This document shows positions 1 to 7,887 of a stretch of DNA of 42,488 nt, piece after piece. The stretch's first letter is position 1; every line of letters starts with the position of its first letter. The DNA is taken from sequence record DRR723986_4953; one strand, 5' to 3'. The notes under the pieces are model-generated. The model saw only the letters and a program-made list of their open reading frames with translations, ran no database searches and was not told the DNA's origin. A program made the translations under genes and the position numbers.

Positions 1-1
1 C

Positions 2-730
2 GGCTTCTTCGGCGGCATGGGCGGCTGCGCGATGATTGGCCAGTCCATGATCAATGTGAAATCCGGCGGGCGCACGCGTCTCTCCGGCATCTCGGCGGCG
101 CTGTTCCTGCTGGCCTTTATCCTGGTCGGCTCCAGCCTGATCGAGCAGATCCCGCTCGCGGCGCTCGTGGGCGTCATGTTCATGGTCGTGATCGGCACGT
201 TTGCCTGGAACAGTTTGCGCATCATGACCCGCATCCCGCTGACCGATGCGATCGTTATCGTCCTCGTGACCGGCGTGACGGTGGCCTATGATCTCGCCAC
301 GGCGGTGATCGTCGGCGTGATCGTCTCGGCGCTGGCTTATGCCTGGAACAATGCCCGACGCATTCATGTGATCGAACGCGACAGCGTCCGTACGCCGGGC
401 GCGCATGTTTACGAGATCGAAGGCCCGCTCTTCTTCGGCTCGACTGACAAGTTCGCCGAACTGTTCCACCCGGAGAGCGATCCGGACGTGGTGATTGTGG
501 ACTTCATGCGCTCGCGCGTGGTGGACCAGTCAGCCCTGCAGGCGATCGAGGACCTTGCGGCGAAATATGCGGCACTCGGCAAGACACTGCGCCTGCGCCA
601 CCTGTCCCGTGATTGCCACAAGCTGCTGGCCAAGGCCGGACAGCTGATGGTCGATTCCGACGATGACCCGGATTACGAACTGGCTGTGGACTACTCTGTC
701 CGCACCGGCGTCTTCGGCGGCGGTCACTGA
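2..730 (+). CDS. SulP family inorganic anion transporter, C-terminal part with STAS domain (5' truncated by window)
   Basis: GGCAMIGQSMIN..SGGRTRLSG SulP motif, hydrophobic helices, then STAS-like EGPLFFGS and VDQSA. Confidence 0.92.
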   Translation, partial: GFFGGMGGCAMIGQSMINVKSGGRTRLSGISAALFLLAFILVGSSLIEQIPLAALVGVMFMVVIGTFAWNSLRIMTRIPLTDAIVIVLVTGVTVAYDLATAVIVGVIVSALAYAWNNARRIHVIERDSVRTPGAHVYEIEGPLFFGSTDKFAELFHPESDPDVVIVDFMRSRVVDQSALQAIEDLAAKYAALGKTLRLRHLSRDCHKLLAKAGQLMVDSDDDPDYELAVDYSVRTGVFGGGH

Positions 731-829
731 CGCTCCACAGGCGTCTCCAGTTCAGGGACTGACGCGGGCGGCCTTAAGGCTGTATTCTTGCGCGAGAGAA
801 TCACTCCCGCCAAGAAAGGCCTGATCATC

Positions 830-1126
830 ATGGCAAATCCTCCCGTCGGCTCGAAGGCCAACCCGTCCCAGTTCGACGTGATCGACAAGCTGGGGGCGGA
901 TGAGCCGTATTTCGTGATCCGCGCGCATGACCCGCTGTCCTCGGCGCTGGTGGAGCTGCATGCCTATATTGGCGCAGGCCAGTCCGGCGCGGCGCACAAC
1001 AAGCTGGCCGAAATCATGGCGTTGACGGCTGCCAAGCCGCCGCGCCCGGCCTCCAGCCCGAAATACCGCGAAACCTTTGCGATCTCGCTCGCCATGGAGC
1101 AGTGGCGCGAAACGCACAAGGAATAG
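830..1126 (+). CDS. Hypothetical 98-aa protein (DEPYFVIRAHD motif)
   Basis: ATG at 830 after AAAGG; typical codon usage; 3 nt from the next gene. Confidence 0.8.
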   Translation: MANPPVGSKANPSQFDVIDKLGADEPYFVIRAHDPLSSALVELHAYIGAGQSGAAHNKLAEIMALTAAKPPRPASSPKYRETFAISLAMEQWRETHKE

Positions 1127-1129
1127 GGG

Positions 1130-1720
1130 ATGGACCTGCGGGCCGATGAATTGTCGGACCGGCACGTCACCCTCGAGCCATTCGATGTGGCCCGGGACGG
1201 TGGAGACCTGCGGACCATGGCCGAAACGCTCGGGGAGCGGATCGAGACGTGGCCCTATTATAATCCGCCATCGGATTGGGTGGGTGCCTGGCTCGCAAAT
1301 ATCAAGGCGCGCATGGAAGACGGCAAACTGATCCCGTTCCGCGTGTCGCGTCCGGACGGGCGGTTTGCCGGTATCTCCACCTATATCAATCCCGACGCCA
1401 TTTCACGCAACGTCGAAATCGGCATGACGATGTATTCGGCAGACGCTCAGGGAACGGAGGTGAACCCCGCCGCCAAGCGCCTGTTGTTGGGGCACGCGTT
1501 CGAGCAGGGTGCCGTGCGCGTGCAATTCAATATCGATTTGCGCAACACGCGGTCTCAGGCAGCCGTGAGAAAACTGGGCGGTGTGCAGGAAGGCATCCTG
1601 CGGGACAACCGTATCCTGCCGAACGGCGTCTTGCGCTCCACCGTCGTCTTCTCCATTCTCTCAGGCGAATGGCCGGCCGTGAAAGCGGGGCTCGATGCGC
1701 GGCTGGCGGCGTTCGAATAG
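1130..1720 (+). CDS. GNAT family N-acetyltransferase (RimJ/RimL-like)
   Basis: VEIG..QGTEVNPAAKRLLLGHAFE..RVQFNIDLRNTRSQAAVRKLG..EGILR. Confidence 0.92.
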   Translation: MDLRADELSDRHVTLEPFDVARDGGDLRTMAETLGERIETWPYYNPPSDWVGAWLANIKARMEDGKLIPFRVSRPDGRFAGISTYINPDAISRNVEIGMTMYSADAQGTEVNPAAKRLLLGHAFEQGAVRVQFNIDLRNTRSQAAVRKLGGVQEGILRDNRILPNGVLRSTVVFSILSGEWPAVKAGLDARLAAFE

Positions 1721-1729
1721 GGGCAGGTG

Positions 1730-1924
1730 ATGAGCGAGCCGGTCAATCTGAACAAGTTCCGCAAGGCGAAAGCGAAGGCCGATAAGGAACAGAAGGCGAA
1801 GGAAAACCGCGCCAGGTTCGGCCGCACGAAATCGCAAAAGCAGTTGGACAAGGCCCGCGCTGACAAGCTGTCGAAGCTCACCGAAGGCCATCGCCTGAAA
1901 GACACGCCCGAGGCGGATGGTTAA
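1730..1924 (+). CDS. DUF4169 family protein
   Basis: VNLNKFRKAKAK..AKENRARFGRTK signature. Confidence 0.88.
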   Translation: MSEPVNLNKFRKAKAKADKEQKAKENRARFGRTKSQKQLDKARADKLSKLTEGHRLKDTPEADG

Positions 1925-1994
1925 TTCTGCCTGAAGCCGCGGCCCGCACCTTGCAGCACTTCCGGAAAAGCTGTTCCAATCCGGGAGGACCCAA

Positions 1995-2120
1995 ATGGCT
2001 GGGATCGCAAAGAAACTCGTCTTCTGTGCCGCATCGTTCAGTGCCGGCATCGCCTGGGGCCTGATCGCGGAAGCTGCGGAATATCAGGGCTCTCTGACGC
2101 ACCTGCTGCTCGGCCAGTAG
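1995..2120 (+). CDS. 41-aa putative membrane peptide (not in ORF track)
   Basis: GGGAGG at 1983-1988, ATG 1995, TAG 2118-2120; MAGIAKKLVFCAASFSAGIAWGLIAEAAEYQGSLTHLLLGQ; fills the intergenic gap. Confidence 0.6.
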   Translation: MAGIAKKLVFCAASFSAGIAWGLIAEAAEYQGSLTHLLLGQ

Positions 2121-2123
2121 GCC

Positions 2124-3170
2124 TCAGCTCCCCACTTCGTCTTCTTCTGCCATGGGCCAGTCAGGCTCGTGGGTGACACTGTCCAGGAATGTGTCATCCA
2201 TCCGGCGGCCTGAGACGCGCTCCAGCGCATCGAAAATCGGACGCGCCTTCTTGTCTTTCAGGAGGGGGATGCGGCTCGCCAGTTCGGCGGCGCGGGCATA
2301 GCGCAGTTGGGCGGTTTCCATGTCGCCGCGTGCTTCGGCGCAGGCGCCGAGATTGTGCAGCACAGCCGGGGCGTCCGGCCATTCGCGGCCAAGCTCATCC
2401 CATTGCGCACAGGCGCCGAGCATCTCACCGCGTTTGGTGGCTTTCACGGCGGCCTCAAAGCGCGGATCGTTCTGCTCTTCGGGGACCAGGCCTTCGGTCA
2501 TGATCTCGGCACGGATGGTTGCGTCATAGGGCGCGATGTCGGTTCGGAACCGGCGGACGGCTTCCACGGTGGCGTCCGCGATCATGCCATAGGGGGCATC
2601 GCGCGGATCGTAGCTTGAGCGGACAGGATCCTGCCAGGTGCCCAGCTCTCGCCCGTCATCCTCATACTCCCTTATGTCGACACAGGATTCCTGATTGGCA
2701 CCGCCGCCCTGGCTGTGGGTGAAGACCATGCGGCCTGTGTCAGCATCGATCAGGCGGGCCGTGACGATGACTTCCACGGTCTCCTCGGTACATTCCGTTT
2801 CGACGATGGCGCGGTGCTCGCAATCGAACAGGCCGTCATATTCGACGCATTTGCGTTTGCGCTCGAAACGCGTTTCGCCTTCCCAATTGTCGATGTCGAC
2901 CTCGCCTTCATAGACGCCTTGCGGCCGGCCGGACCCGTCGACGCCGAACCAGTAAGCGCCATCCAGGACAACCTCCTCCAGCATGCGGGCGAATTCTTCC
3001 TCCGCAACATTTCCGGCGGGCCCGCCGAACTGGCCCACCTGGACGTCGCGATATGTCGCCGCCTCAGGAAAGGTTGGCACCATGCGGGCGCGGTAGTCGT
3101 AACCGGGCGTGGTGCAGGCGGCCATCAGGGGCAGGGCCAGCAGCAGGCAGGCAGAGAAGAGACGACGCAT
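2124..3170 (-). CDS. Cys-rich lipoprotein with C-terminal TPR-like motif
   Basis: Lipobox MAAC; AVLHNLGACAEARGDMETAQLRYARA TPR pattern. Confidence 0.8.
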   Translation of the reverse strand: MRRLFSACLLLALPLMAACTTPGYDYRARMVPTFPEAATYRDVQVGQFGGPAGNVAEEEFARMLEEVVLDGAYWFGVDGSGRPQGVYEGEVDIDNWEGETRFERKRKCVEYDGLFDCEHRAIVETECTEETVEVIVTARLIDADTGRMVFTHSQGGGANQESCVDIREYEDDGRELGTWQDPVRSSYDPRDAPYGMIADATVEAVRRFRTDIAPYDATIRAEIMTEGLVPEEQNDPRFEAAVKATKRGEMLGACAQWDELGREWPDAPAVLHNLGACAEARGDMETAQLRYARAAELASRIPLLKDKKARPIFDALERVSGRRMDDTFLDSVTHEPDWPMAEEDEVGS

Positions 3171-3346
3171 GCGATTCGATCCTAAAAAGAACGGGCCTTG
3201 AAATAACGGGACAATTCCTGCCGCTTTGGACTGAACCTCAGATTAACATTGCGGCAATCGAGCGAGAAACCCGGTTGTGGGAGAATTCCTGCTGGCGGCA
3301 GCACAAAGGCGGACCAATATCAACCTGCCCGATAAAGGAGACCTCA

Positions 3347-3835
3347 ATGACCCGACACCTCGCTGAGCTGAACGTGGGCCGGCTGTTGGCGCCGACAGAC
3401 GACCCGCGTGTGGCGGAGTTCATGAATGCGCTGGACTTGGTCAATGGCATGGGCAAGCGCATGCCGGGCTTTGTCTGGATGATGGAAGGTTCGGGGGAGC
3501 CGGGCACCGGGAACACCGAGGCGAAGATCGGCGGCGACCCCCAGTTTGTTTCCAACCTGACGGTGTGGGATTCGGTCGAGAGGCTGGAGAATTTCGTCTG
3601 GAACACGGTGCATCGTCAGTTCTACGAGCGCCGCGAGCAATGGTTCGAAGTCCTGGGCAGCATGCACTTTGTCATGTGGTGGATCGAGCCGGGCCACCAG
3701 CCGACGCTGGACGAAGCGCTGGAACGGCTGGACCTGCTGAACCGGATCGGGGATTCAGAAGACGCGTTTGGCTGGTCCTACCTTAAGGAGGCACGCCTGT
3801 GGCGCTCCCGTGGGTGCCGCGGGGATGTGGCCTGA
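3347..3835 (+). CDS. DUF3291 domain protein
   Basis: AAGGAG SD, ATG 3347; HLAELNVGRL..PGFVW..NLTVWDSVE.L..FVW..H..FY.RR..WF..VMWWI..GH.P. Confidence 0.9.
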   Translation: MTRHLAELNVGRLLAPTDDPRVAEFMNALDLVNGMGKRMPGFVWMMEGSGEPGTGNTEAKIGGDPQFVSNLTVWDSVERLENFVWNTVHRQFYERREQWFEVLGSMHFVMWWIEPGHQPTLDEALERLDLLNRIGDSEDAFGWSYLKEARLWRSRGCRGDVA

Positions 3836-3962
3836 ACCCAAAAGCGTACACTGTTAACATCAGCTCATGCGACCCTTTACGTCCGCCACCCACCGCGCTG
3901 CTTGACGGGGGCGCCATCCGCCTCCAACTGTCCTGCAGTCCTGCTGAGGAGGCCGTAGCCCA

Positions 3963-5069
3963 ATGACAAGTCCGCTGTTCACCCCGTTCAAACTGAAAAA
4001 CATGGAACTACCCAATCGGGTGGTCATGGCACCGATGACCCGGTCGAAATCTCCGGGCGGCGTGCCGGGGGAGAATGTCGCGGACTATTATGCCCGCCGG
4101 GCCGCGTCCGATGTCGGCCTGATCGTCACCGAAGGCACCACGGTGCGCCGGGGCGGGGCTTCCAACGATCCGAATGTGCCGAACCTCTACAAGGCCGACG
4201 CGCTGGCCGGCTGGAAGAATGTCGTCGAAAAAGTGCACGCCAATCACGGCAAGATCGCGCCGCAGATCTGGCACCAGGGCATGATGCGCAAGCCCGGATC
4301 GGGCCCGGAGCCGGACGCCCCGACCGATGGCCCGTCGGGCGTGACCCATACCGGCAAGCAAGTGCTGCCGGAACCGACAACGGCGGAAGTCGATGACATG
4401 GTCATGGCCTTTGCCGAGGCAGCAGCAGACGCGCAAAAGGTCGGTTTCGACTGTATCGAGCTGCACGGCGCGCATGGCTATCTGATCGACGAATTCTTCT
4501 GGGACGTGATGAACAAACGGTCCGACCGTTATGGCGGCTCGCTGGCGGAACGGGCGACCTTCGCCGCCGACATCATCCGCGAAGTGCGCAAGAAGATCGG
4601 CCCGGACATGGCGATCATCCTGCGGTATTCGCAGTGGAAACAGCAGGAATATACCGCGCGTCTCGCGACCACGCCGCAGGCACTGGAAGAGTTCCTGAAA
4701 GTTTTCGTCGATGCCGGCGTCGACTGCCTGCACGTTTCCCAGCGCCGCTACTGGGAGCCGGAATTCCCGGAAATCGACGGCGAGAATGGCCTCAACGGCG
4801 CTGGCTGGGCGAAGAAACTGACCGGCCTGCCGGTGATTACGGTTGGTTCTGTGGGCCTGTCGGGTGACTTCATCGGTGCGTTCCAGGGCCAGGGTTCCGG
4901 CCAGCGTTCGCTGGAGGACCTTGAAGAGCGCCTGTCTCGCGGCGAGTTCGATCTCGTCGCTGTTGGCCGGGCGCTGCTGCAGGATCCACACTGGGCGACC
5001 AAGGTGAAAGAAGGCCGCATCAGCGAGATCAGTGACTATGACGCAGCGGCACTGGCGACTCTCTACTAA
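3963..5069 (+). CDS. NADH:flavin oxidoreductase (Old Yellow Enzyme family)
   Basis: NRVVMAPMTR, GFDCIELHGAHGYLI, RSDRYGGS, FDLVAVGRALL. Confidence 0.95.
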   Translation: MTSPLFTPFKLKNMELPNRVVMAPMTRSKSPGGVPGENVADYYARRAASDVGLIVTEGTTVRRGGASNDPNVPNLYKADALAGWKNVVEKVHANHGKIAPQIWHQGMMRKPGSGPEPDAPTDGPSGVTHTGKQVLPEPTTAEVDDMVMAFAEAAADAQKVGFDCIELHGAHGYLIDEFFWDVMNKRSDRYGGSLAERATFAADIIREVRKKIGPDMAIILRYSQWKQQEYTARLATTPQALEEFLKVFVDAGVDCLHVSQRRYWEPEFPEIDGENGLNGAGWAKKLTGLPVITVGSVGLSGDFIGAFQGQGSGQRSLEDLEERLSRGEFDLVAVGRALLQDPHWATKVKEGRISEISDYDAAALATLY

Positions 5070-5310
5070 AAAGAGAAATTAATCTTGCCGTGAGCGGGAA
5101 ATTGTGGCTTCCTGGCGTTGCAGCATTCGGACGCCCCGGCCTTCTGTCGGGCATAAATTCCGGGCGTGGCGAAGAAGGCTGGGTGGGGCATTCTGTGCCT
5201 GGGAATGAATCCGCTGGCTGAGCCGCGCTTATTGGAGTGATGCCTGACTGAGGGGGCTGAGCGCCCGGAGTCTCCCTCGGGACGCGCATCACACCCGCGT
5301 CCCTTCTTTG

Positions 5311-5363
5311 GCCCCGCCACCGGCGCGCTACTCACTCTCGCGCGACCATGGCGGGGCATTTTT
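5311..5363 (+). terminator. GC-rich stem-loop followed by a T-tract; likely intrinsic terminator
   Basis: GCCCCGCCA (5311-5319) pairs with TGGCGGGGC (5349-5357), then ATTTTT. Confidence 0.6.
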
Positions 5364-5374
5364 ATGCATGACGC

Positions 5375-5881
5375 CTAGTCGGCGGAGTCTTCGCCGTCCC
5401 AGTAGTCGACTTCGCTTTCCTGCCGGCCGACATAGCGGAACATCCGCGCGCGCTTGCCAGGCAGGCGGGTGGTGGCGAGGAATTTGCCGCTGTCCGGATA
5501 TTCGCAGATCTCGGTGTCGGCCTTGCTGGAAATTGCGACGTATTTCAGCGGGATGCTGCCGGTGTTCGTCAGCTTGTGGGCATGGGCGGGGCCGCCTCGC
5601 GGGGCGCCGAGCACATCGCCTGCCTGAACGGCATGTCTGCCCGGCCCGAAGCGATAGGTGCCTTCGCCTTCCAGGATGACGAACATCTCGTCCTCGGCGT
5701 GGTGGTTATGGAAAGGGCAGGCGGACTTGCCCGGCGGCACGATGCACAGCGCCGCGCCGAGCTGAGTGAGCTCCAGCCTGTCGGAAATGTCGGCATCGAG
5801 GGATTCATAGTGTTCGCCGTGCTCGAACGGTTCGAGCGGCAACTCACCCAGCCGCGCAACGGGGTTCAGTTTCTCTGTCAT
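5375..5881 (-). CDS. Cupin domain protein
   Basis: CPFHNHHAEDEMFVILEGEG..AHKLTNTG cupin motifs; YPDSGK, DYWDGE. Confidence 0.92.
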   Translation of the reverse strand: MTEKLNPVARLGELPLEPFEHGEHYESLDADISDRLELTQLGAALCIVPPGKSACPFHNHHAEDEMFVILEGEGTYRFGPGRHAVQAGDVLGAPRGGPAHAHKLTNTGSIPLKYVAISSKADTEICEYPDSGKFLATTRLPGKRARMFRYVGRQESEVDYWDGEDSAD

Positions 5882-6426
5882 GCGCGATCATACGCCTCCC
5901 TTAGCCAGGCCTTCAGCTCGTCATCGATGTCTGCGGCGCCTGCAAGCTTTACCTTGTGGGTGCACATACTTCCGGGCTTTTCCTCCACCAGCCGGTCTGT
6001 ACCAGGCATGCCTTTCAGGTTGATGCCAAGATCAATCCGCGTTTTCGCAGCGGCGGTTATGACCGCGAAATTCTTTGACCGGCGCAGGGTGACATTGGTT
6101 TTCCTGGGCGAAACGTCGACATCCTTGCCCAGTCCGGCACAGAATGCGGTCAGGGCATCACAGATAGGACGGAGCGTTTCCTTGCCTTCGTATTGCGCTG
6201 TGACGAGATCATCTGCGGACGCGACTGGGCCGCCCTTGGCTTCATGGCAAATCATGTTGGCGTAGCCATGGCCGACGCCCTGATCTTTAAGTAGCTTCAC
6301 CTGTTCGCCATGCTTCTCCAGTCCGCTAGCCTTCACGATGGCGATCCATTGTTCCAGCGTCTTGCCAGTCTTTTCCGGCAGGTTTGCCTTCATCGATTCC
6401 AGCATCTGTTCCGGTGTCTTCGCCAT
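5878..6426 (-). CDS. DUF4287/DUF5655 domain protein
   Basis: NLPEKTGKTLEQW..GHGYAN N-terminus; THKVKL..DIDDELKAWLREAY C-terminus; 4-nt overlap with cupin. Confidence 0.85.
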   Translation of the reverse strand: MAKTPEQMLESMKANLPEKTGKTLEQWIAIVKASGLEKHGEQVKLLKDQGVGHGYANMICHEAKGGPVASADDLVTAQYEGKETLRPICDALTAFCAGLGKDVDVSPRKTNVTLRRSKNFAVITAAAKTRIDLGINLKGMPGTDRLVEEKPGSMCTHKVKLAGAADIDDELKAWLREAYDRA

Positions 6427-6444
6427 TCCATCCTCCCTTTGCGA

Positions 6445-6993
6445 TTATACGTAGCGGCCGAAGGGCCAGTGCTCGATCCGCGTGCTGGCCGGCGCCATCA
6501 GGCTGAAGACGGGTGCCATCATGACAGCCATCCGACCACTGAACAGAGGCTTGCCTGTTTCCGCGATCGATTTCAGGTTTTCCGCGATGAATTTCGCACC
6601 GGGCCCCATGGACTTTTCGGTCTTCGTACCGAAAGGCACATTCTCGGTGATCAGGGAAAACTCGGTTCCGCCATCCACTTCCTTCAGGTCGTAGATCACC
6701 GTGACCGGCGTGTCAGGATACTGGGTGAATTTCATTGTGTGCGCGTAGCGGTGGGGCGGGGAAAATTCGAGTACCTCGCCGACCACCGTCGCATACTTCC
6801 GGTTCTTCGTGACCATGCGCAACGGACGGCCGACTTTCAGGCCATCCTCAGTGTCACAGACGGCGCCGAAGATGAAAGGCAGCACTTCGTCTGTCTTCAC
6901 CAATGTGTCCCACACGATGCGGATGGGCGCATTGATGTGCAGCTTGTAGACCGAGCGGGGCGCGGTCGCGGGCGTTTCGGCGGGGTCTGTCAT
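6445..6993 (-). CDS. SRPBCC/AHSA1 domain protein
   Basis: INAPIRIVWDTL..GEVLEFSPPHR..GGTEFSL; ATG 6993 overlaps the ArsR stop (ATGA). Confidence 0.88.
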   Translation of the reverse strand: MTDPAETPATAPRSVYKLHINAPIRIVWDTLVKTDEVLPFIFGAVCDTEDGLKVGRPLRMVTKNRKYATVVGEVLEFSPPHRYAHTMKFTQYPDTPVTVIYDLKEVDGGTEFSLITENVPFGTKTEKSMGPGAKFIAENLKSIAETGKPLFSGRMAVMMAPVFSLMAPASTRIEHWPFGRYV

Positions 6994-7334
6994 TCGCTGT
7001 CTTCCTCTTGTGCCTGTTCTTTCCGGGCGGCGGCTTCGGCCGCATATTTCAGTTGCGTCACGCGGCTGGCAAACTGGCTGGTAAAACCGCCGAGCCAACG
7101 GTCCTGAATCATCTGCAGCGGGGCCGCGTTCAGCCACAGGCGGCGTAGGCGTCCGTCTTTCTCGCTGACGATCAGACCAGCCTGCTCAAGAACGGTCAGA
7201 TGATTCATCACGGCGATCCGGCTGACATCGAAATGCTTCGCAAGCTTCCCCACGGGACAGCCGGGCGTGTCCCTGAGAATGTCGAGGATCTGCCGCCGGC
7301 TCTCATGAGCGAGCGCATGAAAAATGTCAGACAT
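6990..7334 (-). CDS. ArsR/SmtB family transcriptional regulator (start 7334 or 7352)
   Basis: IFHALAHESRRQILDIL..SRIAVMNHLTVLEQAGLI..KDGR. Confidence 0.93.
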   Translation of the reverse strand: MSDIFHALAHESRRQILDILRDTPGCPVGKLAKHFDVSRIAVMNHLTVLEQAGLIVSEKDGRLRRLWLNAAPLQMIQDRWLGGFTSQFASRVTQLKYAAEAAARKEQAQEEDSE

Positions 7335-7344
7335 GTCCCGATCA

Positions 7345-7370
7345 GTAATCATGTAATTACATGATTACAT
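7345..7370. promoter_or_regulatory. Probable ArsR autoregulatory operator
   Basis: Perfect 24-bp palindrome GTAATCATGTAA|TTACATGATTAC (7345-7368) overlapping ATGTAAT-N6-ATTACAT (7351-7370) at the gene start. Confidence 0.75.
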
Positions 7371-7439
7371 AAACCGGCAAGAGTCAACAGCAATCTCTTG
7401 TGGCAACGGAAGGGGGGGCTTCCTGTCCGCCAGAAAGGG

Positions 7440-7760
7440 TCAATAAGGGGCTGGTTTTATGGTGATGACCTGAGTGTCTGCGGACAGCATCCGGTCGTAT
7501 TCCATCAGCAGCTTACGCTCGTCTTCGGTTGGGTCAGGTTTGGCGCGAAGCGCATCGGCGCGTTCCTGCAAAAAATGCTGGGCAGCTTGTGCCAGCTCAG
7601 GGTCTCCTCCTGCGCAGGCCAGATTGCCGTCGTCCAGAACCATGCAGGCACTCTCAGGAATGCGATCGGCACGATTGTCTTCGGTTTTCGGAGTAGCTGC
7701 CCAGACGGCTTGCGGCAGGCAATAGAGACCAGCCAGCAAAAGACATACGAAAAGTTTCAT
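7440..7760 (-). CDS. Hypothetical exported protein
   Basis: AAAGGA SD; signal peptide MKLFVCLLLAGLYCLPQAVWA; two Cys in mature part. Confidence 0.65.
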   Translation of the reverse strand: MKLFVCLLLAGLYCLPQAVWAATPKTEDNRADRIPESACMVLDDGNLACAGGDPELAQAAQHFLQERADALRAKPDPTEDERKLLMEYDRMLSADTQVITIKPAPY

Positions 7761-7887
7761 TTGCGGCCATCCTTTCTATCTTAAGGAGTAGATCAGGTTT
7801 TCAGCCGATCCGCAACTGCGAGGATTTGCTGCCTGTCGTTCTGCCTCAAGCCCTGCCCATCCGGACAATCCCTGTTATATGTTCCTG

